Below are positions 1 through 10,982 of a stretch of DNA of 54,577 nucleotides, piece after piece. The stretch lies in the NCBI GenBank assembly GCA_018985235.1, contig JADGIG010000011.1, forward strand, positions 1 to 54,577. The letters run 5' to 3'. Numbering within the stretch: position 1 is the stretch's first letter; each line of letters starts with the position of its first letter. This DNA is from Sanchytrium tribonematis. Taxonomy: Eukaryota. The notes beneath the pieces were generated by a model. It was not told the DNA's origin and did not search any database. It was given only the letters and a program-made list of their open reading frames with translations. A program made the position numbers and the translations under genes.

Positions 1-888
1 TAGCAGAGCCACAGGTTCATCAACTTTAGGATCATATATTTGCACAACGCCATCTCCACTTCCTGCTACGATATACTTTCCACAGGGTGTCCAATCGGCT
101 TGATAACCACCTAATGTACCTTTGACAGGTGTAAAACCGCTCACCTCTGCAACCAAAGTACCTTCAAAAGCGTCGAAAACAAGATGCCTGTAATCGTTTG
201 TAACTGCTAATATTTGTTTTCCACTCAAATTAAACTTTAATCGTTGAATTCTATAGTCTCCTGGGACATGTCCTAATGATTTGCTTTTAATTGATGTTTC
301 TAAAAAAGGTCCATTTTGATAATTGCGAATGTCAAAAAAATGTAAATCGCACACAGTGTCTCTACAAGATTCATGCAAATTTTGCATTGCCACTGCAATG
401 ACTTGCCCTGTTGGATCAAACGCAACAGAGGGTATTTCATCTGCATCAAGCAGTAATCCACCAATTTGGAATGGATTCCTCATATCCCACACTTTAAGCA
501 TATCACCGCTACTACCTGTAAGAAACACGTCTCCCAAAGGAGACACTTCTAATGTATGTATAGGTTTCGTATGACCTTTAAATGTTCTAATGTACGAATT
601 ATCCCACAATGACCATAATTTTACCAAACCCATTTTAGTTGTATGCAAAACAGCTGTACTTTTATGGGTAAAACGTGCCTGCGATATTCCCAGACTAGAT
701 TTGTATTTTCTTCTAGGTGAAGTAATTGATTTGCAATTTGACACAAATAAACAATCGTCATATATGGAACTCGTTAAACAATATTCCCCATTATCACTAT
801 AATCTAAACAGGATATAGATCTATTATGATCAGTTACTGAATGTGAAGTTTGGTAAGACTTATAATCCTCAAATGCCAGTTTGACCAT
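1..888 (-). CDS. SWD2: WD40 protein, WDR82/Swd2 (COMPASS/CPF subunit); 3' end runs off the window
   Basis: Not in the ORF track because no stop lies in the window. Manual translation from ATG at 888: MVKLAFEDY...ISCLDYSDNGEYCLTSS...QARFTHKSTAVLHTT...LWSLWDNSYIRTFKGHTKPIHTLEVSPLGDVFLTGSSGDMLKVWDMR...VAFDPTGQVIAVA. This matches the WDR82 signatures (ARFTH, DNxYIRxFxGH). Confidence 0.8.
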   Translation of the reverse strand, partial: MVKLAFEDYKSYQTSHSVTDHNRSISCLDYSDNGEYCLTSSIYDDCLFVSNCKSITSPRRKYKSSLGISQARFTHKSTAVLHTTKMGLVKLWSLWDNSYIRTFKGHTKPIHTLEVSPLGDVFLTGSSGDMLKVWDMRNPFQIGGLLLDADEIPSVAFDPTGQVIAVAMQNLHESCRDTVCDLHFFDIRNYQNGPFLETSIKSKSLGHVPGDYRIQRLKFNLSGKQILAVTNDYRHLVFDAFEGTLVAEVSGFTPVKGTLGGYQADWTPCGKYIVAGSGDGVVQIYDPKVDEPVALL

Positions 889-940
889 GTTTTAAAGGAG
901 TCTATAATCGAAGATTGTTGTGGATAATTTTTAAAACACA

Positions 941-2818
941 ATGAGTTTGCCAATATTCTTGGGCGGTCAATTTCACGGCAAATCTTTTGAAGCAGAGTTC
1001 AAATACAAATATTACGGCCAGAAAAAAACTTCTGTAGTCAAGAAATTTTTTAAAGGCGGGTTTGCTCCAATTTCAACAGAAACTGTGAATAATAATCATT
1101 ATTTGCAATTTCACCACAGTGATCAATTTTATGAATTAAATTTGACCCATTTGAATGGTGCAATTTTCAGTTTTGTGCATAATGAAAAGTATATCGTGTA
1201 TTTAGCAGAGGCAAAGAAAGGAAGCGTGCCTTTTTATACCGCAGAATTGGGTGAAAAATACAAGAATAAGCGATATCCTGTCATAGGAGTCATCGATAAA
1301 GCACAGGTAATTGAAAATTACAAGCAATCTTATTCTGTTCACGGAAAGCCAGACAAGATTTCTGGAATCGATGTTATCGACACTTTTAATTTTGGCTATA
1401 TTCCTTGGTATCTATCAATACATGATAATCATATCTATTTCAGTGGTTTAGATCACTCTCCAATTTTGCTGGGAATAGTTTACTGTCCAAATCGACCTTC
1501 AAATATTTACAAAATGAATTTATCAACTTTAAAAATAGACCAATTGACTGACAACAGAACTGCCGTTCGTTCTCCCTATTTTGTGCCTGCCATGAATAAT
1601 TTTATATATTTAGAAAATGACACAATGGGACCTCATTTAACATCTTCTACCTTAAAAATGGAAAACAAAATTATCCTAGAAGATAACATTTCTGATTCAT
1701 ATAAAGCACCGGTTTTTTCGAACTCAGACATCAATCTTACAGAATTCAATGGCATTTACATGGATGGATTTCATTCTCAATGCATTTACAAAGAATATTG
1801 CATTTTTGATACAACTTCCAAAGGTCGACAGATTATTGTTATAGTGAATTTAAACACAAAGGAACTCAAAATTATTCAAGACAAATATAAATCATTCTCA
1901 TATCATGGTCATTCTACTGGTTTAGAGAAAGAAATTGCTATGATTTCATCTTCCAGTTATACTGATGGTATTCATTTATTTGAAGTTCATCTAGAGGATC
2001 TCGTTGTTGGTAAATTAACTATAAATGAGACCTATTACACTCTCCCTAGTGACTATAAATTAAATTTGCATAGCCTTTCACCTTCCATGAATACTATTAC
2101 AATTTATCCAAAAAAGGATTCCAAAAAAATCATATATATGCCGCATGGAGGACCCCATTCATCCTACACAACTGCATATAGCCACAATATTTCAGCTATG
2201 CTTGATTTAGGATACACAATTTGTTTTCTAAATTATACAGGATCCATCGGATTTGGTAAATGGGCTATTGATGCATTACTAGGTGAAATTGGTACGAGAG
2301 ATATTTCAGAATGCGTTCAAGTCATTCAAAATTGTCAGGCAAATGAATTTAAAGGGTATACACCATATTTGATGGGTGGTTCTCATGGCGGATTCATTGC
2401 TGCTTGGATTGTTGGACAATACCCTGATTTGATCAAGGCTTGTGTCATGAGGAACCCAGTTATTAATTTGGGTTTGAATTGCAGTAGTGATATTATGGAT
2501 TGGGCATACAATGAGATGAATCTGAACTTGAAGCAAGATAAAATTCGTTTTCCAGATGCTAAAGAGTACGAACTGATGTCAAAACATTCCAGTGATAGAT
2601 TTTGCAAGGATGTCAAAACGCCTACAATGGTGATGATTGGAAAGGATGATTTAAGGGTCCCACCTTTTCAAGGATTAAGATGGGTTCAGATGGTTAACTC
2701 GCATAACAAATGTGCCAAGGCCATAGTCTATGAAGATAACGGGCACGCTTTGGATGGATTTGAGGCCGATGTTTTCGGGCATGAAGTCATTCTAGAGTTT
2801 TTAAACGGGCATCAATAA
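941..2818 (+). CDS. APEH: Acylamino-acid-releasing enzyme (S9 family serine peptidase)
   Basis: HGGPHS oxyanion motif, GGSHGG nucleophile elbow, RNPVIN, DLRVPP (Asp), GHAL (His), LGIVYCPNRPS. Confidence 0.85.
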   Translation: MSLPIFLGGQFHGKSFEAEFKYKYYGQKKTSVVKKFFKGGFAPISTETVNNNHYLQFHHSDQFYELNLTHLNGAIFSFVHNEKYIVYLAEAKKGSVPFYTAELGEKYKNKRYPVIGVIDKAQVIENYKQSYSVHGKPDKISGIDVIDTFNFGYIPWYLSIHDNHIYFSGLDHSPILLGIVYCPNRPSNIYKMNLSTLKIDQLTDNRTAVRSPYFVPAMNNFIYLENDTMGPHLTSSTLKMENKIILEDNISDSYKAPVFSNSDINLTEFNGIYMDGFHSQCIYKEYCIFDTTSKGRQIIVIVNLNTKELKIIQDKYKSFSYHGHSTGLEKEIAMISSSSYTDGIHLFEVHLEDLVVGKLTINETYYTLPSDYKLNLHSLSPSMNTITIYPKKDSKKIIYMPHGGPHSSYTTAYSHNISAMLDLGYTICFLNYTGSIGFGKWAIDALLGEIGTRDISECVQVIQNCQANEFKGYTPYLMGGSHGGFIAAWIVGQYPDLIKACVMRNPVINLGLNCSSDIMDWAYNEMNLNLKQDKIRFPDAKEYELMSKHSSDRFCKDVKTPTMVMIGKDDLRVPPFQGLRWVQMVNSHNKCAKAIVYEDNGHALDGFEADVFGHEVILEFLNGHQ

Positions 2819-3976
2819 ATTGTTACCAAAATTAAGCACATAGGAGGAATTCATGGAAAGAATTTTCTCAATCAACAGAATTGCTATGTTTTTATACCGT
2901 TGAATTTGATACATATTTCTTACTAACAAAACCAAAGGTGCTATTATAGTAACATCCTCATGGCCAAATTCTTCATTTACAATAATAAATTCATTGTTAA
3001 TTTCATAATAATCAAATTGCAGATCACAATGGATTGGAGGTTCTGACTCAATTGAAAATACTTCCAATTCGTCATTTAATCTTAAACACAAAGAATATTT
3101 ACCGCATTTAGCTCTTAAAAAGTCTAGACAAGTCGAAAACGTTTCAAACGATAGATAGGACGTAAATCTGAAGTGGGCAAGAGATAACTTTTGTCTTGGC
3201 AATACAAAATCCAAGCTGGTCCCTTTGAAAAGAATCTCGCTTAGTTCGTCTGGTGTACCCGAACACCTTTGGCAACCCAGTGCCGTCAGATTTTTAAATT
3301 CTTTAAAATCTGGGGTCATGTCTCTGCAATACAAAGATATGCGCTTGGTATTTGGGAAGAATCTAGCCAGAGTATCAAGAGACTCCTGGTTCAAATGAGC
3401 TGTCTCTCTTAAATTCAATTCTTGTACATTTAAGAGAGGCTCAGATAGTATTTCTGGATTAATTTGATTAGCAAAGAGATGAATGCACTCCAATTCTGGC
3501 CAATTTGCCAAGAAAGTCAAATACTGGTTTTCAAATGTTTCCGCTGAGATTAATATTTTTTTGATCGATTGATTCTCTCTTTTTAAATTTCTTAAGATTG
3601 GTAATGTATCCCCAATCACCATAAGAATACTTAATTTTCTCAAAACGATCATTCTTCTGAATGGCAACAGTTTTAGTTGTTCCGCTACATAAAAATTAAG
3701 TGTAAGTTTGACTATCCATTCACAGTAAGGATAAAATGTAGGGTTATACAATGGAAGACTTGCCAGCTTTGTAGAATCTTCTGAAATATTTATGTCAAAA
3801 TATTTTGTCCTTTTCAGATGTGACTTTGTTAATTCCTTATTAATAATATAATTGAATGGTTTCAACTCTTCCTCGAACGAATAATTAGCCATTTCCATAA
3901 TTTTGTCTACAATTTCAATCGGAAGTCTCATTATCAACCTCGTTTCAAACTTTTCGTCTCTTTGAATTGCTCGCAT
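2801..3976 (-). CDS. F-box-like / LRR-like protein (start may be ATG at 3931)
   Basis: N-terminal LPIEIVDKIME resembles the F-box LPxEIxxxI motif, followed by degenerate LxxLxL repeats (LRKLSI, LECIHL, VQELNL). Confidence 0.5.
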   Translation of the reverse strand: MRAIQRDEKFETRLIMRLPIEIVDKIMEMANYSFEEELKPFNYIINKELTKSHLKRTKYFDINISEDSTKLASLPLYNPTFYPYCEWIVKLTLNFYVAEQLKLLPFRRMIVLRKLSILMVIGDTLPILRNLKRENQSIKKILISAETFENQYLTFLANWPELECIHLFANQINPEILSEPLLNVQELNLRETAHLNQESLDTLARFFPNTKRISLYCRDMTPDFKEFKNLTALGCQRCSGTPDELSEILFKGTSLDFVLPRQKLSLAHFRFTSYLSFETFSTCLDFLRAKCGKYSLCLRLNDELEVFSIESEPPIHCDLQFDYYEINNEFIIVNEEFGHEDVTIIAPLVLLVRNMYQIQRYKNIAILLIEKILSMNSSYVLNFGNNLLMPV

Positions 3977-4165
3977 TTACTTTAAGAAGTACTTTGCAAA
4001 TTTTATCAAGATAGAACAAAAATGATATTATATAATGAATATAACACCATAGAACGACTTGATAGTCACGTTTTTAATATCTCGTCATCCTTGCCAAGAA
4101 TCATCATCACATTTTGATTACGTATCTCAAATTTTTCTATAAAATGCAGCAAAAGATAATTCGTG

Positions 4166-5083
4166 ATGCTCCTCAGTAGATATTTATGGGTTTGGACCAC
4201 AGATGAGATTGTTGGGAATGTTGCCAAGACAAAGCAATTGGTCAATACATGTGCCCAAAATAATATCAAAGATGTGTTTTTGTATATCAATCCTAATAGT
4301 TATGGATACATGACAGATGGGCTAAAGTTATTAATTTCTAATTTAAATCGAGCCAATGTCAAAAGCTGGGGAATGGATGGCCGTCGAAGTTATTTTTCTG
4401 ATTCTGATGGACCCGGAAAGTTATTAAAAGGCGTTGACAATTTGATTTTGTATAATTCAAAAGTAGCAGCCAACGAGCGATTTGTAGGATTTCAAACTGA
4501 TATTGAATTACAAGATGAAAATGGGTTTAAACCTTCATTTCATAATGCTATCGGCGATTCTCATTTAAACAAAAAAAGCGGTGGAGTTTGGAAAAGCAGC
4601 CAGGCTGCTGATAGAGCGGCCCTTGTTCAGGATTACCTCAAGACGCATGATTTATTGAAAGCAAAATTGAAGCCAAAGGGACTGTTACTTGGTGCGGCTA
4701 TTCCTTCTTGGTGGGATGCGTATTATGGTGATCCTATAAGTGCAACTTATAAAGGGAAATATCAGGACATTTTTCGCCATTTAAGTGGAATTGTTAACGA
4801 AATTCATTTTATGGCTTATAATACCGACCCATTGAACGTAAAAAGCCGAGTTGACACAAAACTGCAATATTTGAGCAAATATACAAAAGTTAAGGCTTGT
4901 GTCGGTTTGGAGACTAATTCAGATGTAGGTGAAACTGTTAGTTATGGCGATACACCTGGCAAAAATTCCAAGAGAGCGTTAATGAGAGACATTTCCAAAT
5001 TAGAATCATTATTGAAAATCTTTACAGCTTTCAAAGGAATTTGTATACATGATTTTGATGGATTTTTAGCCTTACGCAAATAA
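4166..5083 (+). CDS. GH18-like TIM-barrel glycoside hydrolase, paralog 1
   Basis: FVGFQTDIE (DxE on a beta4-like strand), LGAAIPSWWD, HFMAY, GLET, C-terminal ICIHDF. First ATG at 4166, TATA-like tataaaa at about 4137. Confidence 0.55.
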   Translation: MLLSRYLWVWTTDEIVGNVAKTKQLVNTCAQNNIKDVFLYINPNSYGYMTDGLKLLISNLNRANVKSWGMDGRRSYFSDSDGPGKLLKGVDNLILYNSKVAANERFVGFQTDIELQDENGFKPSFHNAIGDSHLNKKSGGVWKSSQAADRAALVQDYLKTHDLLKAKLKPKGLLLGAAIPSWWDAYYGDPISATYKGKYQDIFRHLSGIVNEIHFMAYNTDPLNVKSRVDTKLQYLSKYTKVKACVGLETNSDVGETVSYGDTPGKNSKRALMRDISKLESLLKIFTAFKGICIHDFDGFLALRK

Positions 5084-5318
5084 TAAAACATTTTTGAGAT
5101 TTTGTTGAAAGCCCAAGGGAATAAGCAATCATTAACCTCATATTGACGTCGCCAATCGTGAGCCGTCGATATCGCAGTTTCGAATGATATCCATCATCAA
5201 GGACATCTGATTGGAAACGTCCTCCTTTTGCCAATTTGCAAGCCCGTTTTCATCACACTCTAGGTCACGGCCATTTCTGAATTCGGTATAAATACCAGAG
5301 ACTTCTTCTAGATTACTT

Positions 5319-6236
5319 ATGTTATTAAGCAGATACTTATGGCTATGGACCACTGAAGATATTGTTGGAAACGTGGCCAAAACACAAGAATTTGTCAAAA
5401 ATTGTAAAGACTACAATGTGAAGAATGTCTTTATGTTTATGGCACCCAGCAGATATGACGCGCTTGCAGATGGTCTCAAATTATTGATCTCAAATTTGAA
5501 TCGTGCGAATATTAAAAGCTGGAGCTTGGATGGAAGAAGAAGTTATCTCTCTGATTCTGATGGTCCTGAGGCATTACTGACGGGAGTGAAGAACATGTTA
5601 AAATATAACGAAAATGCTGCAGATGATGAAAAATTTGTTGGTTTCCAAACAGATTTGGAAATTGTGGATATTGATGGTTACAAACCAACATTTCACAATG
5701 CTCTAGGAGACTCTGAATTGGACAAGAACAGTGGTGGAGTCTGGAAAGATAGTCAAGCTGCAGATAGAGAAGCACTGGTCGAAGATTGGCTAAATACCCA
5801 CGATTTGATTAAAGCAGAGCTCAAATCTACTGGTGTATTATTGGGTGCCGCGATTCCTTCATGGTGGGATGCTTACTATGGGGATCCAATCAGTGCGACC
5901 TATAAAGGCGAATACCAGGATATTTTCAAGCATGTAAGCAATATTGCAGATGAAATACATTTTATGGCATACAATACTGATCCAGAAAATGTCAAAGGCC
6001 GAATTGACTCAAAACTACAATTTTTAAGTGAATCCACTAAAGTTAAAGCGTGCGCAGGTCTAGAAACCAATGAAGGAAATGGAGAAACAGTAAGTTACGG
6101 CGACAATCCCGAGAAAAACTCTAGAACAGCCATGATGAGGGACATCGCCAATTTGGAGAATCTATTAAAAGGATACTCAGCATTTTCTGGGGTTTGCATT
6201 CATGATTTTGATGGATTTATGTCATTAGGAAATTAA
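5319..6236 (+). CDS. GH18-like TIM-barrel glycoside hydrolase, paralog 2
   Basis: Colinear tandem paralog of 4166..5083 with long identical blocks (e.g. LLGAAIPSWWDAYYGDPISATYKG). TATA-like tataaata at about 5287. Confidence 0.55.
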   Translation: MLLSRYLWLWTTEDIVGNVAKTQEFVKNCKDYNVKNVFMFMAPSRYDALADGLKLLISNLNRANIKSWSLDGRRSYLSDSDGPEALLTGVKNMLKYNENAADDEKFVGFQTDLEIVDIDGYKPTFHNALGDSELDKNSGGVWKDSQAADREALVEDWLNTHDLIKAELKSTGVLLGAAIPSWWDAYYGDPISATYKGEYQDIFKHVSNIADEIHFMAYNTDPENVKGRIDSKLQFLSESTKVKACAGLETNEGNGETVSYGDNPEKNSRTAMMRDIANLENLLKGYSAFSGVCIHDFDGFMSLGN

Positions 6237-6260
6237 GCAAAATAAAAAGTTTCAAAATTC

Positions 6261-6953
6261 ATGGATTTTTATTTAGAACAACAATTATTTTACCATGGTG
6301 AGTCTCCACCAGAAAAGGAAGGAGGGATAGAATTGCCTAGTCAAGAATCATTGACACCTAGCCATTCAGTTTCTCAAGTTGCCTTGAAGGCCTATTTAGC
6401 AGGGGAACTTTCTCCATACTCTAGCCCATCTAGTGAAGCAACTGAATTGTTCGACCTGGAATTATTGAGAGAAGCAAAAAAAGAAGAAAGAAAACAAAAA
6501 AGGGCAGTCACTATTGGTGAACAACCGATTGTTAAAATGGCACAAAAATCTCAGAAAAAGTCGAAAAAACCAAGACAGCTACCAATGCTACAATCGAGTA
6601 ACGTAACTAAAAAAAGGCTTACTTTAAAATCTGTGGGTGTATTTTCAAAAGCAAAAATAAGCAATAAAAAACCGCTAGACCTTCACAAGCTCTCAGAAGG
6701 AAAAGGCTTAGATCAAGAAATTGAGATGGAGGTTCTCAATCCAAAGAATACGCCTACTTTGAAAAAATCTTCTACTGTTAGCCAGATCAATTCTTTAGAG
6801 ATTTTACAAAATACTACTGATGTCATAACTCTCCCAACCACAGCAAAATCTTCAGAAAACTGTCTAAGCCCAAACTTGAGCCATAAATCCTTGAATGACG
6901 TTCTCAACAAAAACTTTGATCCCATGATACATGAATTAAGTGCTTTTCTTTAG
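6261..6953 (+). CDS. Hypothetical Ser/Lys-rich, probably disordered protein
   Basis: 230-aa ATG-initiated ORF filling an intergenic gap, with aataaa downstream. No recognisable domain. Confidence 0.55.
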   Translation: MDFYLEQQLFYHGESPPEKEGGIELPSQESLTPSHSVSQVALKAYLAGELSPYSSPSSEATELFDLELLREAKKEERKQKRAVTIGEQPIVKMAQKSQKKSKKPRQLPMLQSSNVTKKRLTLKSVGVFSKAKISNKKPLDLHKLSEGKGLDQEIEMEVLNPKNTPTLKKSSTVSQINSLEILQNTTDVITLPTTAKSSENCLSPNLSHKSLNDVLNKNFDPMIHELSAFL

Positions 6954-7232
6954 ACAAAAATTCCACTTCAATAAAATAAAGCTCGCTAACATATCTAGTC
7001 AGATAATTTTATGAGCATCGAGCTAGAATCGAATTATTAATACCTCATTTTATAAATTTTACGGGTAAAAAATCAAGAAACAATGGAGGTGTTGTATTAT
7101 TTGTTTAGGAATCAATACAACAAAATAAAAAATTTTGCCAACAGTTTACTTCTTTCCTTCCTAATGCCTGAGAAAATTCAAAAATGAACTGATTATAGAT
7201 TTTACGATTTCAGACACGTCAAACAATCGGAG

Positions 7233-8984
7233 ATGATTTTCATGATTTTATTGGGTTTCTGCGTTGAAATCAACTCTACTGTTTCTCAGCTATTTAAGTA
7301 TAGTAAATGGCTTCAAAGTTCCATACAGTTTCGGATGGAAGAAGAGCAAGGTTTGACAGAATATTTAGAAGATAAATACAAAGAATTAACTGCCTTACAC
7401 TCCACAGTGGATCATGCAATATTTCTGGTAGTTAATGCAACCGGGTTTAAAGGTCTGAACCAGAATATTCCCTTGGAGGATGTTGATTCAATAATAAGGA
7501 GTGCATCGGTGATTCGATCGTTTTTAGATAAAAAGGTAGGTTCACAAAATCCACAATTAGGCGATTTGATGGACGAAATTAAAAAGACTGCTGACAGTAT
7601 CGATGATAAAATACAGACTGATGATTTTAAAAAGAAATTAAACGATGGGCATGAATTATTGACACTTGTTAAAAATGATAATATTTTAATAGACAAGGAT
7701 GACAATGAATACACTGTCCGCAAATTCAGTGATTTTACTTATTTCGAAGATATTGATTTATTGAATGACATCATCGTTTTATTCGTCTTAGCAACTGGAA
7801 TTGGAATTTTATTTAGTGTTCTAAAATTACCCATTTTTCTTGGGCATCTTCTAGCCGGTGCACTGTTGGGGCCATATGGGTACAATATGATCAACTGTAT
7901 GGTACAAGTAGAAACCTTAGGACAATTGGGTGTGTTGTTGATTTTATTCGCACTTGGAATGGAATTTTCATTTGAAAAAATTCAAAAAATTTGGAAAATA
8001 AGTTTAAATACCAGTATGGGTCTTATATTAGCTTGTGCTCTAGGTGTCATATTATTTAAAAGTCTTTTACAATTAACAATTTTAGAGTCATTTTTAATAG
8101 GTTTAAATATTTCACTTTCGTCGACTATTGTCGTTTTAAAATTTATGAGCGAAGGTGAAATGGAAGAATGCGGTAAAATTACTATAGGCATATTAATCAG
8201 TCAAGACATAATACTTTCTATTTTATTATCTATTTTACCTATATTTGCGGAAAGTAGTTTTTTTATGTTATTGTTTAGCTGCATCAAATTATTTGTCTTG
8301 ATTACTGTATTTTACGTCGCTTGTTATATATTGCGTAGGCCCGTGCTTCTATTATTTAACTTTGTACAGCACAGACAAGATGTCAAATTGCTCAGCATAG
8401 TGGGCTATGCGTTTGTTATGGCTAGACTGGGACTTATTTTAAATTTGAGCAGTGAGTTGGGCTGTTTTGTCGCTGGATTTTTACTCAGTTTTGACAAGAA
8501 ATTAAGTCACGATTTATTTAAAGTCATTGATCCCATTCGGGATTTTACCAGCTGTTTGTTTTTCGCAAGTATAGGCTTACAGCTAAACTTTCAATTTTTA
8601 TACAAGGAGTTATTAATTGTGACTTTATTCAGTGTCGGCGCAATAGTCATCAAATTCTTTTACATATTTCTCAATAATATATTCCTCCATGACGTCCATC
8701 AGCGGGATGCTCTGGTAATAGCCATTAGATTGGCCCAAATAAGTGAATTTTCCTATATGCTCATGGCTAAAACAAAAACACTTAATCTTCTTAGTAGGGA
8801 AATATATCATTTAATTGTTGGTGTGACCACAATGACATTAATACTTAATATTGCTATTTCAATGTTTTTTAACAAATATGTTTTGAAGCAAGATATCTAC
8901 CAATATAAATTAACGACTGTTCGGGTGAAGGAACATAACCGGAGAGCTCGTGTTACGATCTACGATCAAAACTTTGATTACTAA
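7233..8984 (+). CDS. CPA2 cation/H+ antiporter, KEA4-6/TMCO3-like, with N-terminal coiled region
   Basis: LGHLLAGALLGPYG, VQVETLGQLGVLLILFALGMEFS, ISLSSTIVVLK, GILISQD, IRDFTSCLFFASIG, LAQISEFS; many hydrophobic segments. Confidence 0.85.
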   Translation: MIFMILLGFCVEINSTVSQLFKYSKWLQSSIQFRMEEEQGLTEYLEDKYKELTALHSTVDHAIFLVVNATGFKGLNQNIPLEDVDSIIRSASVIRSFLDKKVGSQNPQLGDLMDEIKKTADSIDDKIQTDDFKKKLNDGHELLTLVKNDNILIDKDDNEYTVRKFSDFTYFEDIDLLNDIIVLFVLATGIGILFSVLKLPIFLGHLLAGALLGPYGYNMINCMVQVETLGQLGVLLILFALGMEFSFEKIQKIWKISLNTSMGLILACALGVILFKSLLQLTILESFLIGLNISLSSTIVVLKFMSEGEMEECGKITIGILISQDIILSILLSILPIFAESSFFMLLFSCIKLFVLITVFYVACYILRRPVLLLFNFVQHRQDVKLLSIVGYAFVMARLGLILNLSSELGCFVAGFLLSFDKKLSHDLFKVIDPIRDFTSCLFFASIGLQLNFQFLYKELLIVTLFSVGAIVIKFFYIFLNNIFLHDVHQRDALVIAIRLAQISEFSYMLMAKTKTLNLLSREIYHLIVGVTTMTLILNIAISMFFNKYVLKQDIYQYKLTTVRVKEHNRRARVTIYDQNFDY

Positions 8985-9006
8985 TAAATCATTGATTTAG
9001 CAATAA

Positions 9007-10581
9007 TTAGCCGTCATGACTGGATGGTCTGTATTTAAACCCTTGCGATTTGAATTTCCTTTGATTCAACTGGTGCATTATGGGCTTCGACAACCAGTTA
9101 CCTGATTTTAATGCTTCTACACATTGATCCATCATAAGCCAAGAGGGTGGATTAAGATTATTTCGGTCTTGCAAATTCTTTTTGCCAAATAGTAGTTTGT
9201 CATTTAAAGTACCATTGTAAACAGGATCGAATATGTGAAAGTCTAAGTGCATTAATTTTCCAGTGAAAGGGTCTAAAAAATGATTCGAATGGCACTCGGA
9301 CTCATTCCATTGATGAAAAATACTGAACAAACGAATTGATGCTACTGGTTGACCAAAGTTATTGCACGATCTCATCAATATTCCGATGGCCCCAGCATCG
9401 TAGGTATAAAATTCTCCTTCTCTATTATGCATTTGTGCCATATGCAAAAAGTAAGCCAGACTAGCTCCCAAAGATGAAGGTATCACTCTATCGTAATTCA
9501 AGAAGGGCCTCAATATAGCATTTCTTTTCAATAGAATATCTGTCATTTGTGTTGATGTAAAAGAAAACATTTTCTGGACATTTTGCCAAGTTATGCTTTT
9601 CTTATTTCCAAATTCGGTCCAAAATTGAGGATAATTTTCGTTTGAAATAGAAAGGCTTTGGACTAATTTGCAATTTGTTATAAATGAAGGATCTACATTT
9701 AATTTTTCAAAATAATGTAAAAATATAATCTCGGAGTAATGGGAATATCCTTTAAATCCAGTAAGTTTAAGAGCATTGTTTAGCATAAATCTAGTGGCTT
9801 GCATTTCGAAAGACTTGAGCTTAGAGCAATATTTGATAAAATTTTCAAGTCCTTCAAGTGGCAATCGAATGGCAGAATAAGAATCTAATACGTTCGAAAA
9901 TGCTGTAGTGTCAACATTCTGATGTTTTTTATATTGCTCAATTAATTTTGGGTATTTTTTTTCAGCGTACAATTCATAGATTTGTAACGACCACTTTTTT
10001 GATTTTATATAAACAGGGACATTTTTATCCAACAACTCACCGGCTTTTGCTTTAGAAATGGCTCTGAGGCAACAGTAGAAGTGGTTGATGTCATGACTAG
10101 ATTTAAAGTCCTTCAAACCATCTAAATAAACTGATTTGTTAATCTTAAATATTAATTCCAAGCTTTGAGGGTGGGTGTATTGTAATTTCGATACATAGTC
10201 ACCTTCTAATACTTGATCACAAGAATGTTGAAGTATCCGTAGGCTTTCAGGTCTATGTTTAACGAATGCGTGAACCGCAAATATTCTTTGTTTGTTCACC
10301 GTCAAATCATCCTTCAAATTGTTATATAACTCCAAATAACGGACAGATTTGCTTTTTTTGAACTCTTGAATATAATTGTAAATTGCAGTTTCCAGCTTGG
10401 TCTTCTTGATAATAGTTTCCAGTTCTTGCAATCGATATGACCTTGGAAAATCAGTGATGGATTCTAGAATGCTTGTTATATTTTCACTCGTTATTACTGA
10501 ATTCACAACTGGCTTTTTCACTGCATTTTTTGCCATTTGTGCACATAATACAGCAGAGTTTGCAAAGCCTGCAAAACCCAT
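9007..10581 (-). CDS. Hypothetical protein, possibly helical-repeat
   Basis: 524-aa ORF with no recognisable motif. Confidence 0.6.
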   Translation of the reverse strand: MGFAGFANSAVLCAQMAKNAVKKPVVNSVITSENITSILESITDFPRSYRLQELETIIKKTKLETAIYNYIQEFKKSKSVRYLELYNNLKDDLTVNKQRIFAVHAFVKHRPESLRILQHSCDQVLEGDYVSKLQYTHPQSLELIFKINKSVYLDGLKDFKSSHDINHFYCCLRAISKAKAGELLDKNVPVYIKSKKWSLQIYELYAEKKYPKLIEQYKKHQNVDTTAFSNVLDSYSAIRLPLEGLENFIKYCSKLKSFEMQATRFMLNNALKLTGFKGYSHYSEIIFLHYFEKLNVDPSFITNCKLVQSLSISNENYPQFWTEFGNKKSITWQNVQKMFSFTSTQMTDILLKRNAILRPFLNYDRVIPSSLGASLAYFLHMAQMHNREGEFYTYDAGAIGILMRSCNNFGQPVASIRLFSIFHQWNESECHSNHFLDPFTGKLMHLDFHIFDPVYNGTLNDKLLFGKKNLQDRNNLNPPSWLMMDQCVEALKSGNWLSKPIMHQLNQRKFKSQGFKYRPSSHDG

Positions 10582-10715
10582 CTCCTTTCTTTTGAATTTT
10601 TTTGGCTTGTGAGGATGGTAATTTAAATGAAAATAATCAGTTTAAAATAAAAATTCATTTATGCTCGATGAGCAAAATTGAGTATATCTCTTGACCTTGC
10701 GAATTTTTTCTGACA

Positions 10716-10982
10716 ATGGATTACAATTTTGGATCACGATTGGCAAAGCTGCTTGATCCCGAGATAAAATTTGAACGATCAGAAGCAAAGCTAGATATTC
10801 CAGAGTTGAATATGGAGCTTCGGGACTTTAATGTATCAGAGAATGATCTTAATATTGATTTAGAAAGCTTTCAAGAGTTCAACCAAAAATTTGAGGATAT
10901 TTCCGAAAAATTGAAAGTTTGGAAAACCTATCGCCAGAGAGTCGCGTCTGTAAGGGAGTACATCATTGATCATACCCATTGA
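10716..10982 (+). CDS. Small hypothetical coiled-coil protein
   Basis: 88-aa ATG ORF with charged, protein-like composition. Confidence 0.4.
   Translation: MDYNFGSRLAKLLDPEIKFERSEAKLDIPELNMELRDFNVSENDLNIDLESFQEFNQKFEDISEKLKVWKTYRQRVASVREYIIDHTH

Noticed and set aside
5286..5311. gtataaata...ctag as a 26-nt intron upstream of GH paralog 2
   Set aside because: No suitable upstream ATG exon, the sequence doubles as a TATA box, and the paralog starts at the same residue.
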